From: Candidatus Hadarchaeales archaeon
Lineage (GTDB): Archaea > Hadarchaeota > Hadarchaeia > Hadarchaeales > JAWBSP01
Length of the DNA: 53,140 nt
Direction: 5' to 3'
Assembly: GCA_038842485.1 (NCBI GenBank)
Contig: JAWBSP010000007.1
Location: 1 to 53,140, forward strand
Below are positions 9,537-20,049 of this stretch, in pieces; positions within the stretch are counted from its first letter, which is position 1; every line of letters begins with the position of its first letter. Made by a program: the position numbers and the translations under genes. The notes below the pieces were generated by a model. It was not told the DNA's origin, did no database searches, and saw only the letters and a list, made by a program, of their open reading frames with translations.

Positions 9537-11342
9537 ATGAACCCGTGGGGGCTCTTCGTTTCTGAAGTTGAGGAGAAGCTTCGGTCTGCCCTCGCTGAGC
9601 TTGGTTTAGAACCCCCAGTTCCGCTCAGCGAGACGCTGGAGGAACCCCCCGATCCCAAACTTGGTGACTTGGCATCTAACGTCTGTTTTGAGCTGGCGAA
9701 GAAACTAGGCAAGAAGCCGGAGGAGGTTTCGGAGACCTTGGTCAAGCTCATGAAGCCGGGGGGGTTGGTGGGGAGCATCGAGAGCGTGAGGGGCTACCTG
9801 AATTTTTTTGTCAACGTTTCAAAGCTGGCTGCAACGACAGCCGAGTGTATTGAAAGATTGGGAGAGAGGTACGGGGAGGGTGAGAAGAGGGGGAAAGTGA
9901 TAGTTGAGCACACCAGCATCAATCCCACCAAGCCGTTGCACATAGGGCACGGGAGGAATGCCGTGCTGGGAGACACGATTGCGAGGATCTTGAGGAAACT
10001 CGGCTACACGGTGGAGGTTCACAATTACATTGACGACTTGGGGCTACAAATGGCGGAAACCTTGCTGGCATGGGAGAAGCTCCCTCGACCCAAGACGAAG
10101 TTTGATCACGCGCTGGGTCTGATGTATGTCGGGATCCAGGAGCTTCTTCAGAAAGAGCCCGGTCTGCAGGAGGAGGTGAGAAAGATCCTGCGGGATCTTG
10201 AGTCGGGCAGGAAAGCGGTGCGCAGAAGGGCCAGAGCGATTGCCGAGGCCTGTGTGAGGGCGAACCTGCAGACCTCCAGAAAGCTTGGCGTTCAGTACGA
10301 CCTTCTAGTCTGGGAGAGCGATCTCGTGGACATGGGGCTCTTGGATGAGGTGCTCGAACTCCTAAAAGAGTCGGGGAGCCTCAAGCAGGAAGGTGGAGCC
10401 TTGGTTCTTGACTTGGAGAAGTTTGGGCTGGGGAGCAGAGTGTTAGTCAGGTCGGACGGCACGGCTGTTTATTTCGCTCGCGACATAGCCTATCAGCTCT
10501 GGAAGTTCGGTAGGAGCCGGAAGAGCCTCAGGTTCAAACCTTGGTTCGGAATCTATACCACCAGCCCCGATGGGAGAAAGAGCACGAGGTTCGGTAGGGC
10601 TCAGAGGGTGATAAACGTCATCGGGGCGGAGCAGAGAGACGTTCAGCGCTCGGTTTTTGCAGCTTTGAAAATTCTGGGGTTTGAAAGGGAGTTCGAGAAC
10701 TCTTTTCACCTCGCGTACGAGCACGTATGGTTACCCGCGGGCAAGTTCTCGGGAAGGAGGGGGACGTGGGTTGGCCACTCGCTGGACGAAGCCATCGAGG
10801 AGGCCGTGGCGAGGGCGGAGGAGGTGCTCAGGAAAAGGGGGCAGAGGACCAGTCCGGAGTTCAGGCGCAGGATTTCCAAGATCGTTGGAACGGGTGCTTT
10901 GAGGTTTTCCCTCCTTTCGACCTCTCCCGAGAAGAAGATCACCTTTAGGTGGGAAGAGGCCCTCAATTTGGAGAAAAATAGTGGGCCTGCTATTCAATAC
11001 TCCCACGCAAGAGCCTGTAGCATCCTCAGAAAGGCGGGCCGGCGGCGAGACCTGGAGCCCGACTGGCAGAGTCTGCAACTGCCGGAGGAGAAGGAGCTCG
11101 TGAAGCTCCTTGCCAAGTATCCGCAGGTTCTCCTCAAAGCGGGGGAGAGGCTCAGACCTAATCTATTGACCGAGCACGTGTCTAAGCTGTCCTCTGTATT
11201 CAATTCCTTCTACGAGAAAGCACCGGTTCTGAAGGCTGAAAAGGGACTGCGGGAGGCCAGGCTTAAGTTGGTTGAGTACACCAAGTTGGTGCTGGCGGAT
11301 GCTCTCCACCTCCTGGGGATAGAAGCACCGGCGAGGATTTAG
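9537..11342 (+). CDS. argS: Arginine--tRNA ligase
   Basis: EHTSINPTKPLHIGHGRN class I motif; QYSHARACSIL anticodon-binding domain. Confidence 0.95.
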   Translation: MNPWGLFVSEVEEKLRSALAELGLEPPVPLSETLEEPPDPKLGDLASNVCFELAKKLGKKPEEVSETLVKLMKPGGLVGSIESVRGYLNFFVNVSKLAATTAECIERLGERYGEGEKRGKVIVEHTSINPTKPLHIGHGRNAVLGDTIARILRKLGYTVEVHNYIDDLGLQMAETLLAWEKLPRPKTKFDHALGLMYVGIQELLQKEPGLQEEVRKILRDLESGRKAVRRRARAIAEACVRANLQTSRKLGVQYDLLVWESDLVDMGLLDEVLELLKESGSLKQEGGALVLDLEKFGLGSRVLVRSDGTAVYFARDIAYQLWKFGRSRKSLRFKPWFGIYTTSPDGRKSTRFGRAQRVINVIGAEQRDVQRSVFAALKILGFEREFENSFHLAYEHVWLPAGKFSGRRGTWVGHSLDEAIEEAVARAEEVLRKRGQRTSPEFRRRISKIVGTGALRFSLLSTSPEKKITFRWEEALNLEKNSGPAIQYSHARACSILRKAGRRRDLEPDWQSLQLPEEKELVKLLAKYPQVLLKAGERLRPNLLTEHVSKLSSVFNSFYEKAPVLKAEKGLREARLKLVEYTKLVLADALHLLGIEAPARI

Positions 11343-12256
11343 TAGCGAATACTTATTCCTTGGTCAGGTTTTTGGTAGAGCTCCTTTCTGCTGGCCTCTA
11401 GCAGTTCCGGTTTCTGTCCGAGGAGTTCGGCGGCACTTTTCACCTCATGCCCCGTTTTTCTTGCCTCCACAGCAAGCCTCTGAAGGTACTCTTGGGAGTC
11501 GAGGGATCGGAAGAGGTGGTGGTCTACGATTGTCAGGGGGATCTCTCTCACCAGTTTGAGAAGGTTGCTGGTGGCTGTCTCGATCTCCTCCTTTTTCAGC
11601 CGGTACCCTGCCAGATATAGGGGTGGTCCTCCGGCGATGAGCACGGAAGGCTCCCATTTTAAGATAAGTTCAACGCTCTCCTGTCGAGTTCCTTGAAGAT
11701 CTGGGGCGTAGACGAGACAGGAAGCGGGCTGCCTTAGGGCAAACATAAGTATCTTGGCGGAGGTGGAGAGGCCATGCGGTTGGGGGGGAGAGACTTCAAG
11801 CACGACCCGGCCCCACTTGAAGCTTTTCCCGTCCGCTGTTAGGAATTCCTTACAAATCCCGCGGTTGAACTTCTGGAAGAGGTACCCCCGTTTTCTCTGG
11901 ATGGGAGGAAGATCTTTAAAGTCCTTCGCCAGTAAAATTTTCCCCCTGTACAACTTTTGTGCGAACTCGGGGGAGCTACCGATCCATTGCCAGTCCTCAA
12001 AGTGCGGGGTATAATGATCGAAGTGGTAATGGCTGACCACCAAAATTTGGGCCCTCCTAGAGGCCTTCAAGATTCTTTCCCTCGCCCTGGAGAGCGCCAA
12101 GTACTCCTTCTCGTGCGGCGGTAGGGAAAATCTGGGCCCGAGGGCGCATCCAGGGTCAAATAGGATTTTTAGGCCCCCCGTCTCGACGTACGTACACATC
12201 CCCCTCACCCCCAAGCTCTCGAACGCTAGGGGCAGGATTTTGAACTCCTTCACCAC
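11339..12256 (-). CDS. Metallo-beta-lactamase-fold hydrolase (UPF0282-like)
   Basis: AFESLGVRGMCT, SHYHFDH and DHHLFR motifs. Confidence 0.85.
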   Translation of the reverse strand: MVKEFKILPLAFESLGVRGMCTYVETGGLKILFDPGCALGPRFSLPPHEKEYLALSRARERILKASRRAQILVVSHYHFDHYTPHFEDWQWIGSSPEFAQKLYRGKILLAKDFKDLPPIQRKRGYLFQKFNRGICKEFLTADGKSFKWGRVVLEVSPPQPHGLSTSAKILMFALRQPASCLVYAPDLQGTRQESVELILKWEPSVLIAGGPPLYLAGYRLKKEEIETATSNLLKLVREIPLTIVDHHLFRSLDSQEYLQRLAVEARKTGHEVKSAAELLGQKPELLEASRKELYQKPDQGISIRY

Positions 12257-12299
12257 CAGATGGGGGGAAAAGGATAAAAGGGTTGGAGCAAATTAGGAC

Positions 12300-13013
12300 G
12301 TGCCGCACTTGAACTATCTCTGGAGGCCGAAGTTCAGGGGACGGCCCCTCCTGATTGCGGGCTTCCCAGGTATAGCCAGCGTGGGGAAAATTACTTTAGA
12401 GCAGCTCATTCGCTCCCTCAAGGCGGAACTCTTCTTAGAGCTTTACTCGGAGTACCTTCCGGAGTGGGCCGTGAAGCGCGAGGACGGAGTACTGGGAGGC
12501 ATTGGGGCAAACTTCTACTACTCCTGTCCTGAGGGGGTCGAGCTGATACTCCTCACCTCCGATGCCCAAGCCATCACTCCCTACGGACAGTACATGCTCA
12601 CCGAGCAGATTCTGGAGATCGCACAGGAAATGGGGGTTCAGAGCGTCATTACGGCTGCTGCATATGTGCTGGCGGCTCGGGAAAGGAGGGAAAAAGTGGT
12701 CGGGGCGGCCACCACCGAGGGAGCAACCGAACGGCTGAGGAGGCTGGGCGTTGAGATTCTGGAGGGAGGGGTGATAGTGGGAATGAACGGTCTCCTCCCC
12801 TGTCTCTCACAGCTCAGGGGGATGGAGGGCATCTGCCTCTTAGGTACCACCAGGGGAGGTTTGGTGGATGTGGAGGCGGCCAAAGCCGTGTTGAGGGTCT
12901 TGGCAAAAATGATCAATGTCAAGATAAGTTTAGAGAACATGGATGAGAGATTTTCTCTTCCCCCCTTCATACAGTTTGAGTTCCCCCGTGAGGAGAGCGA
13001 GTATATCAGGTGA
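12300..13013 (+). CDS. PAC2-family proteasome assembly chaperone-like protein
   Basis: LIAGFPGIASVGKI, IVGMNGLL, GICLLGTT; C-terminal YIR. Confidence 0.85.
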   Translation: MPHLNYLWRPKFRGRPLLIAGFPGIASVGKITLEQLIRSLKAELFLELYSEYLPEWAVKREDGVLGGIGANFYYSCPEGVELILLTSDAQAITPYGQYMLTEQILEIAQEMGVQSVITAAAYVLAARERREKVVGAATTEGATERLRRLGVEILEGGVIVGMNGLLPCLSQLRGMEGICLLGTTRGGLVDVEAAKAVLRVLAKMINVKISLENMDERFSLPPFIQFEFPREESEYIR

Positions 13014-14334
13014 AGGTCGCGGCGAAAGAATCAACGCGAGTTTTCTCCGATATCTCCCCCGCCAGGTTTTTTCTCATCAGTTCCCTTACCTCCTCGGGCT
13101 TTCTAGTTCTCCCCAGGACCCACATGAGCTTCACGTAGGCCACCTCTGGCAGCATGTCCTCGGCCGGAATAACCCCCAGCTGGAGGAGGTCCCTTCCGGT
13201 GGAGTAAACCTTCATATCCACCCTCCCCCAGAGGCACTGGGAGGTCATTACCAAACTCACTCCTTCTTCCGCGGCTTTTTTGAGGGCGGGGAAGAGACTC
13301 TGGGGGACGTGCCCCAATCCTGTCCCCTCTAGGACGATTCCGTGATACTTATTATCTATCAAACTCTCCACGATCTCGGGCCCCATCCCGGGATAGACCT
13401 TAACAAGGGCAACCCTCGGATCAAGTCTAGAGTCCACCCATACTCTGCCTTCTGGGGAGGCTTTTCTGTAGTCTGACCTGAGTAGCTCCACCTTAGCTCC
13501 CCTCACTCTTCCTATGGGGAAATCGTTAACCGAGATGAAAGCATCCCTGCGACTGGTGTGGCACTTTCTAACTCTAACCCCCCGGTGTATGAGGCAGAAA
13601 TCGTCCGAAACGGACCCATGCATGACCACGCAGACCTCGGCGATGTCAGAGGTGGCGGCGGCGACCGCGGAGATCAGGTTGAGGGCGGAGTCGGAGCTTG
13701 GACGGTCGGAGGAGCGCTGCGCGCCCGTCAGCATCACGGGCCTGAATAGGTTCTGGAGCATGAAGGAGAGTGCAGCGGCGGTGTAGCCCATGGTATCGGT
13801 GCCATGCGCAACCACCACCCCCTTAGCCCCCTCGTTTATCTGCTTTGCCACCTCCTCGGCAATTTTGATCCAGAGGTCTGGTGTCATGTGTTCGCTGAAA
13901 ACGTTGCACACCTCCACTACCTTTATTCTTGCGATTTCAACGAGTTCGGGAACCGAGGTGCAGATTTCCTCCGGGGTGAAGGCCGGAAACACTGCCCCTG
14001 TTCTGTAGTCCACCCTCGAGGCTATGGTTCCACCTGTTCCAAGGATGGCTACGAGGGGCTTGCTCTCATCCTGCCGGAGGGTGGGCAAGGATGGGGGCGG
14101 CGGTCTGGTGAGCGTGCCCTCCTCAAGCTTTTTTATTCGGATCCCATCAATGGAGATCCCAATGTTGTAGCCGTTGGGAAGTTTCAGCACGAGGTGTTGG
14201 TCGTCCCCTAGCTCGCTCCTAGGCATCACGATCCCCTCGTAGACCCTCCCGTTCTTTTCGACTTTTACTCTATCACCCGGTTTGACACCCGCTTCCTTCA
14301 GGAGCTCAGAGGCCCTCCCTCTATATCCGTACAC
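13006..14334 (-). CDS. gatD: Glu-tRNA(Gln) amidotransferase subunit D
   Basis: KLPNGYNIG N-domain, GTGGTIASRVDY, HGTDTM, GAQRSSDRPSSD. Confidence 0.96.
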   Translation of the reverse strand: MYGYRGRASELLKEAGVKPGDRVKVEKNGRVYEGIVMPRSELGDDQHLVLKLPNGYNIGISIDGIRIKKLEEGTLTRPPPPSLPTLRQDESKPLVAILGTGGTIASRVDYRTGAVFPAFTPEEICTSVPELVEIARIKVVEVCNVFSEHMTPDLWIKIAEEVAKQINEGAKGVVVAHGTDTMGYTAAALSFMLQNLFRPVMLTGAQRSSDRPSSDSALNLISAVAAATSDIAEVCVVMHGSVSDDFCLIHRGVRVRKCHTSRRDAFISVNDFPIGRVRGAKVELLRSDYRKASPEGRVWVDSRLDPRVALVKVYPGMGPEIVESLIDNKYHGIVLEGTGLGHVPQSLFPALKKAAEEGVSLVMTSQCLWGRVDMKVYSTGRDLLQLGVIPAEDMLPEVAYVKLMWVLGRTRKPEEVRELMRKNLAGEISEKTRVDSFAATFT

Positions 14335-14431
14335 CGAAAACTCTGAGGGTCTCCTTTTAGCAAAATTGTATGGCTGGAATTCGAGGTAAAGTATCCAAAA
14401 CTCACCCTAATATCCGTACTCCCAATTTCAG

Positions 14432-15526
14432 ATGGGAAGTTCTTTTGGACAGATGTTTCGCGTCACGACCTTCGGAGAGTCTCACGGCTCGCACGTTGGG
14501 GTGGTGGTGGAGGGGGTCCCCGCGGGGATGCCCCTAACCGAAGCCGAGGTTCAGAAGGAGCTGGACAGGAGGAGGCCGGGACAATCCGTTGTTACCACTC
14601 CTAGGAAAGAGCCCGATCGGGTCAAGATAGTTTCGGGAGTGTTTCAAGGCAGGACCTTGGGCACTCCGATTTGCATGCTGGTGGAGAATGTCGGGGCGGA
14701 GGAGGGGTGCTACGAGGAATTCAAAAGCAAACCCAGACCGGGGCATGCTGATCTTTCCTACTGGTTGAAGTATGGTCATGTTGATTACCGGGGCGGGGGG
14801 AGAGCCGCGGGGAGGGAAACGGTGGGCAGGGTGGCGGCGGGTGCGGTGGCGAAGAAGCTACTACTCACTCACGGTGTGAAAATTCTAGGACACACGGTGG
14901 AGGCCGCGGGGGTGTCAGTGGGGAGGGAGGTGAGCTGGGAGGAGATTGAAAGGAATGTGGAGACAAATCCGATGAGGTGTGCGGATCCAGAGGTGGCGAA
15001 GCGGATGGAGGAGGAAGTTCTGAGGGCCCAGCAGGCGGGGGACAGTACGGGGGGGATTGTGGAGGTGATTGCCCTGAATGTCCCCGCGGGACTGGGTGAG
15101 CCTGTCTTCGACAAGCTTGACGCGGACATCGCCAAGGCCATGATGTCCATCGGGGGGGTAAAGGGGGTGGAGATAGGGGCGGGATTCGCACTCGCGAGAA
15201 TGAGGGGTTCCCAGGCCAACGACCCCATTGTGCTCAAGGGAGGTGTTCCGGTGCTTCAGACCAATCGTTCGGGAGGGATTTTGGGAGGCATAAGCGTGGG
15301 CGGCAGCATCGTGGTGAGGCTCGCCGTGAAGCCCACCCCTTCCATCTCCCTGCCTCAGCGGACGGTCGATCTCTCTAGCATGGTGGAAACGGAAATAAAA
15401 CTGAGGGGGCGTTTTGATCCCAATCTCTGTCCCCGAATTGTGCCGGTGGCCGAGGCGATGATGGCACTGGTGCTGGCGGACCACATGCTCAGGGCGGGGA
15501 AGATAGATCCCAACAGATTCTCTTGA
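14432..15526 (+). CDS. aroC: Chorismate synthase
   Basis: [22 protein letters not shown] and KPTPSI motifs. Confidence 0.96.
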   Translation: MGSSFGQMFRVTTFGESHGSHVGVVVEGVPAGMPLTEAEVQKELDRRRPGQSVVTTPRKEPDRVKIVSGVFQGRTLGTPICMLVENVGAEEGCYEEFKSKPRPGHADLSYWLKYGHVDYRGGGRAAGRETVGRVAAGAVAKKLLLTHGVKILGHTVEAAGVSVGREVSWEEIERNVETNPMRCADPEVAKRMEEEVLRAQQAGDSTGGIVEVIALNVPAGLGEPVFDKLDADIAKAMMSIGGVKGVEIGAGFALARMRGSQANDPIVLKGGVPVLQTNRSGGILGGISVGGSIVVRLAVKPTPSISLPQRTVDLSSMVETEIKLRGRFDPNLCPRIVPVAEAMMALVLADHMLRAGKIDPNRFS

Positions 15527-16383
15527 GGGGGGCTGCTTCTTCCTGCGCTTCGGTCACGGTGGTTAATGCCATGGCAACGGGGAAAGGTGCGGCCTTTGGG
15601 GTGGAGCTCAGGCTGAGGGCGGAGGTCGAACTCGATCGGGGTGCGCGCGTGATCAGGGGAGAAGCAGGGGGGGAGAACCCCAAGCTCGTGGAGCTCTGCG
15701 TCAAAAAGGTTCTCGCCAGATGCGGGGAAAGGTGCGGGGGAGTGGTTAGGACCTTCTCCGAGATTCCTGTGGCGGTTGGTCTTTCGAGCAGCAGTGCGGC
15801 GGCAAACGCGGCGGTTCTCGCCACTTTTGCAGCTTTGGGAGTCGAGCCTAGACCGAGGGAGGTTCTCGAGCTAGGGATAGAGGCCTCCTTCGAAGCGGGT
15901 GTGACTCTAACGGGTGCCTTTGATGACGCCGCTGCCTCGCTACTTGGGTGCGGGGTGGTTACGGATAACCTGCGGCGGAAGATCCTCAAAAAATTTAGCA
16001 TCCCCCCCTCCCATCGCGTGCTGATTTTTGTCCCTCCCTCGAAGCTATATACCTCTGCCGTGAAGGGCTCCATGTTCAGGGGAGTCAGGGATTTCGTGGA
16101 AGAAGCCCACAGGCAGGCCCGCTCAGGCAACATCCTTGGGGCCATGACCCTAAATGGTCTCATCTACTCCCACGCGTTGGGATACAGTCCGCAAATCGCT
16201 CTCGATGCCATTTCTAAGGGAGCCCTGGCAGCGGGTCTCACTGGCAAAGGTCCGGCTGTTGTGGCGATTTCGCTCCCGGAGGATGCTGGAAGGATCAGGA
16301 AAGTGTGGGAGAGAAGGAAAGGGAGAATTATCGTCACTAGTCCTTCTAACGTGGGTGCCAAAATTGAGCGAGCAGAAGCTTAG
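15523..16383 (+). CDS. aroK: Archaeal (GHMP-family) shikimate kinase
   Basis: [31 protein letters not shown]; overlaps the aroC stop. Confidence 0.92.
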   Translation: MRGAASSCASVTVVNAMATGKGAAFGVELRLRAEVELDRGARVIRGEAGGENPKLVELCVKKVLARCGERCGGVVRTFSEIPVAVGLSSSSAAANAAVLATFAALGVEPRPREVLELGIEASFEAGVTLTGAFDDAAASLLGCGVVTDNLRRKILKKFSIPPSHRVLIFVPPSKLYTSAVKGSMFRGVRDFVEEAHRQARSGNILGAMTLNGLIYSHALGYSPQIALDAISKGALAAGLTGKGPAVVAISLPEDAGRIRKVWERRKGRIIVTSPSNVGAKIERAEA

Positions 16384-17152
16384 GGAACTCAGGGAGGAGA
16401 TTGATAGAACGGACGAGCAACTGCTTCAGCTGCTCTCCAAGCGGATGGAACTGGCGGGCCAGCTGGCGCTCCTGAAGAAAAAGATGGGGTGGGAGCTGCG
16501 AGACGAGAAGAGGGAGGAAGAGGTGATAAGGAGGGCGAAATTGCTTGGCAAGAAGCTGGGACTTGACGTAGGTTTTGTCGACACATTTATGAGATTACTC
16601 ATCAGCGGTAGCTTTGGGGAAGAGCTCCGGAGAGTGGGGGGGTTGAGATTCTGGTCGCAGATTGAAGCTGCTTTCAGGGGATATCCCGGTGAACTGGCGG
16701 TTGTCAGGGTCCTTTTCATGCACGGGTTAAGGGTCAGCGAGGATGGTAGGGTCATGTGTGGGGAAATGCGCATTCCCTCCCTTCAGCTCGCTAGGGCGGC
16801 GGGAACTGATAGGAGAACCGTTAAGGCAGCTATTAGCAGGATTTTAGCGGACAAAACTCTTCGGGCCGTCTTCACCCATCTTAAGCCTATACCTCATCTG
16901 AAGGATGTTGGGAAGGAATTGGGCTGGGGGGTTCTGGAGGTGATACCTAGGGATGCGGCCAAGCCAGGGATAGTGAAGCAGGTTGTGGAGTGCATTTCCA
17001 ATAGGGGGATAAGCATCCGTCAAGTAATCGCGGACGATCCCCACCTGGTTCCGGAGCCCCGACTGGTGATTATCACGGAGGAACCACTGCCCGATGAGGT
17101 TATTGGGGAGATAAGAAAGCTTCCGTCGGTTTACTCAGTTCTCCTCTACTAG
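16364..17152 (+). CDS. AroQ chorismate mutase fused to an HTH+ACT (COG2150-like) regulator domain
   Basis: [33 protein letters not shown] is AroQ-like, followed by LARAAGTDRRTV (HTH) and PGIVKQV..ISNRGISIRQVIADDP (ACT). Start codon approximate. Confidence 0.8.
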   Translation: MSEQKLRELREEIDRTDEQLLQLLSKRMELAGQLALLKKKMGWELRDEKREEEVIRRAKLLGKKLGLDVGFVDTFMRLLISGSFGEELRRVGGLRFWSQIEAAFRGYPGELAVVRVLFMHGLRVSEDGRVMCGEMRIPSLQLARAAGTDRRTVKAAISRILADKTLRAVFTHLKPIPHLKDVGKELGWGVLEVIPRDAAKPGIVKQVVECISNRGISIRQVIADDPHLVPEPRLVIITEEPLPDEVIGEIRKLPSVYSVLLY

Positions 17153-17429
17153 CCCTGCGAGTTCGAGATCTGTCCATAGCTTAAACCCTGAGAGATCGTA
17201 CAGGCTCCTCCACGTTCAGGAATGCTCCATTCTCCTTATGGCCGTGGGACAAAACCTGAGGGTCCTTCTGAGACTGATGGCCGAGCAAGACTTGGCGAGT
17301 TAGCTCTCATTTCTCCAAATCCAGCTCCTCTTGGAACCGAGCAGGCGGAAAAGTTTGGGCCCCCGCCGATTTATTCGACAAGCCCCGCGGTATCGAAAAG
17401 GATAAAAGTTAATTAGGTACTGTCGATTA

Positions 17430-17927
17430 GTGGAAAGTTCGCAAGTACCCAGGCTGTTGTGGACGGTCCCCAGCAAAGCTTACCTTGTGGCGGCTTCAGC
17501 CGAGGGACCCTTTGAACTTGTTGCCTTCGACAACGCTCTGAGGAAAGCGGGAATTGCGGAGTTAAACCTGGTTCAGGTTTCCAGCATCCTGCCGCAGAAT
17601 TGCGAGATCATCGAAAACTCCCCACTGCCGAAACTGGAGCCAGGTTTGATTGTTCCGATTGTCATGTCAAAAATTTCCAGCTCGACACCAGGGCAAAAGA
17701 TTGCGGCTGCGCTAGGTATTGCGGTGGGGGAGAACTCTCACGGCATGGTCTCGGAATATCACGACATAGGAGTTACAGAGAGAACTGCTGCTAAGACGGT
17801 GGAGGCCATGGTGAAGTACATGATGGAGAACCGAGGGCTAACCCCCCGCAGGGTTACCTCGATTTCAGCGGGACACGTCGTCAAAGCTCACGGGGCCGCT
17901 CTCGCCGGGCTGGTGTTCTTACCCTGA
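17430..17927 (+). CDS. pdaD: Pyruvoyl-dependent arginine decarboxylase
   Basis: AFDNALRKAGI..LNLVQVSSILP with the Ser-Ser autocleavage site; BRE/TATA-like GAAAAGGATAAAAG upstream. Confidence 0.88.
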   Translation: MESSQVPRLLWTVPSKAYLVAASAEGPFELVAFDNALRKAGIAELNLVQVSSILPQNCEIIENSPLPKLEPGLIVPIVMSKISSSTPGQKIAAALGIAVGENSHGMVSEYHDIGVTERTAAKTVEAMVKYMMENRGLTPRRVTSISAGHVVKAHGAALAGLVFLP

Positions 17928-17970
17928 GGTTTTGTTGACGTCCGGTGTTAGCGAAGCAAAAGTTAGAAAC

Positions 17971-19635
17971 CTAGTCGAACTCTCCTCCGCCTGTTCCGCC
18001 CTCTTCCTCTTCCTTCTTCTCTTTTTCGGGTGGTCCTTTCAGCTCCTTTTTAGCTGCTGCGATGACATCGTCGATCCTTAAAATCATTACGGCCGCATCG
18101 GTAGCGGACTTGATGGCCTGTAGTTTTACCCTAAGCGGCTCGTAAACATTCAGCTCCCTCATGTCTGCCACTTTTCCTCCAAAAACATCTACTCCCATGT
18201 ACTTGCCTTCAGGTCTCGCATGTGCTGCCCTCAGCTCCACTAGGGTGCTCACCGCATCCATGCCAGCGTTTGTTGCTAGTGCCTGCGGGATTACCTCCAG
18301 CGCATCAGCATACGCGCGCACGGCGAGGGCTTCCCTAGCACCAACGGTTTCGGAGTATTTCCTGAGGTGTTTGGCAAGTTCAATTTCCATGGCACCTCCC
18401 CCGACCAGCAGTTTCCTGTCCTCCACAGCCGCAGCTACCACACACAGGCTGTCGTGCACTGCCCTCTCCACTTCATCCACCACATGCTCAGAACCTCCTC
18501 GCAGGAGGATGCCCACCGCTTTGGGATCTTTACATTCCATCACGAAGATGAGTTTTTCCTCACCGATTTTTCTCTCTTCCACCAGACCAGCGTGTCCGAG
18601 TTCTGCAGGGGTGAGATCCTCGAGGGAGGTCACGATTTTTCCTCCCGTTGCTCTAGCAAGCTTCTCCATGTCTGATTTTTTCACCCTCCTAGCGGCCATG
18701 ATTCCCGCTTTTGCAAGGTAATACTGGGCAGTATCGTCGATTCCCTTCTGGCAGAAGACCACATTGGCGCCAGTGGCGGCAATCTTTTCTACCATGTTCT
18801 TGAGTATCCTCTCCTCCTCTTCAAGGAAGCTTGTGAGCTGCTCAGGCCGTGCGACCCTGATTTCTGCGTCCGTTTCGGTTTTCTTTACCTCTAAAGCACA
18901 ATCGAGGAGAGCAATTTTCGCGTTTCTCACCAGCTTTGGCATCCCCGGTCTCACAACTTCCTTGTCTATTATCACACCTTCGATCAGCTCAGAGTCCCTA
19001 ATGCTTCCGCCAGGTCTCTTCTCTACACCAATGTAATCGATGTCTACTTTGTAGCCCCCGTCGTAGCGGTCGGCGATTCTCTTTACAGCCTTAACAACAA
19101 GCTCCGCCAAGTGCATTTTTTCGGATTCCGCTTTCTTGCCTGTCATGGCGGTGATCGCAATGTTCTTGAGCAATGCTTCATCGTCAGGCGATATTGGGTC
19201 AGCGAACTGCTTGAGGAGTTCCTGCGCCTTTGATGCGGCCAGCATGAATCCCCTCGATATGATGGTGGGGTGGATTCCTTGGTCTAGCAGTTTTTCTGCC
19301 TCCTCCAGCATTGCTCCTGCAAGAACCACTGCTGTGGTGGTCCCGTCCCCAGCCTCATCGTCTTGCGTTTTTGCTACCTCCACCATCATTTTGGCGGCAG
19401 GGTGCTCCACATCCATCTCCTTAAGGATGGTTGCACCGTCGTTTGTGATTACCACATCCCCCAAGTTGTCCACCATCATCTTGTCCATCCCCTTTGGTCC
19501 AAGGGTGGTCTTGACAGCCTCCGCTACCACTCTGGCAGCCATAATGTTCATTCGCCTAGCGTCTCTCCCCACCAATCTCCTTGAGCCTTCAGGCAGAACC
19601 AAGATGGGTTTTCCCCCCAGTTGTGCGACCGCCAT
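17971..19635 (-). CDS. ths: Thermosome (group II chaperonin) subunit
   Basis: [26 protein letters not shown]; start set at ATG 19635. Confidence 0.97.
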   Translation of the reverse strand: MAVAQLGGKPILVLPEGSRRLVGRDARRMNIMAARVVAEAVKTTLGPKGMDKMMVDNLGDVVITNDGATILKEMDVEHPAAKMMVEVAKTQDDEAGDGTTTAVVLAGAMLEEAEKLLDQGIHPTIISRGFMLAASKAQELLKQFADPISPDDEALLKNIAITAMTGKKAESEKMHLAELVVKAVKRIADRYDGGYKVDIDYIGVEKRPGGSIRDSELIEGVIIDKEVVRPGMPKLVRNAKIALLDCALEVKKTETDAEIRVARPEQLTSFLEEEERILKNMVEKIAATGANVVFCQKGIDDTAQYYLAKAGIMAARRVKKSDMEKLARATGGKIVTSLEDLTPAELGHAGLVEERKIGEEKLIFVMECKDPKAVGILLRGGSEHVVDEVERAVHDSLCVVAAAVEDRKLLVGGGAMEIELAKHLRKYSETVGAREALAVRAYADALEVIPQALATNAGMDAVSTLVELRAAHARPEGKYMGVDVFGGKVADMRELNVYEPLRVKLQAIKSATDAAVMILRIDDVIAAAKKELKGPPEKEKKEEEEGGTGGGEFD

Positions 19636-19715
19636 ATCCGGATTAAAGAGACTCTCCCTTTTAACCTTTTCGGTGAGGTGGGGGAGAGTATTTAAGAGGT
19701 TGTCTGACGGTAGTA
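19636..19715. promoter_or_regulatory. Divergent promoter region for ths and alba
   Basis: Minus strand CGAAAAGGTTAAAAG about 25 bp before ths; plus strand TATTTAAG about 25 bp before alba. Confidence 0.6.
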
Positions 19716-20009
19716 ATGGCAGCAGAACAAAAACCCCAAGAAAATGCGGTCTTCGTGGGGACGAAGCCAGTGATGAACTACGTGTTAGCAGTGATAACAC
19801 AGTTCAACGAAGGAGCGTCACAGGTCTGCATCAAGGCCAGGGGTAAAGCGATAAGCCGTGCCGTGGACACGGCCGAGGTGGTGAGACAGAGGTTCCTGCC
19901 GGATGTCGTCGTCCGGAATATTTCCATTGGGACAGAAACGGTACAGGCAGAGGACGGGAGTAAGCTCAACGTCTCCACGATAGAGATCACGCTGGCAAAG
20001 GGCAAGTAA
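19716..20009 (+). CDS. albA: DNA/RNA-binding protein Alba
   Basis: [15 protein letters not shown] and [12 protein letters not shown] motifs. Confidence 0.97.
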   Translation: MAAEQKPQENAVFVGTKPVMNYVLAVITQFNEGASQVCIKARGKAISRAVDTAEVVRQRFLPDVVVRNISIGTETVQAEDGSKLNVSTIEITLAKGK

Positions 20010-20049
20010 GCTGGCTTTTGGGCTCTAAGGATATCTGACAGGATTAGAG

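Noticed and set aside
17222-17416. 64-aa plus-strand ORF
   Set aside because: No motif or SD, and it runs across the pdaD promoter.
19636-19800. ORF-track extension of the thermosome, and similar extensions of porD, porB, hypD, hypE, nikR, rhaB and rpl24
   Set aside because: The extensions overlap neighbouring genes or promoters; family homology begins at the downstream starts.
19136-19846. Long antisense or alternate-frame ORFs (also 15489-16163, 899-1492, 36083-36676)
   Set aside because: Shadows of conserved genes in GC-rich DNA, with no recognisable motifs.
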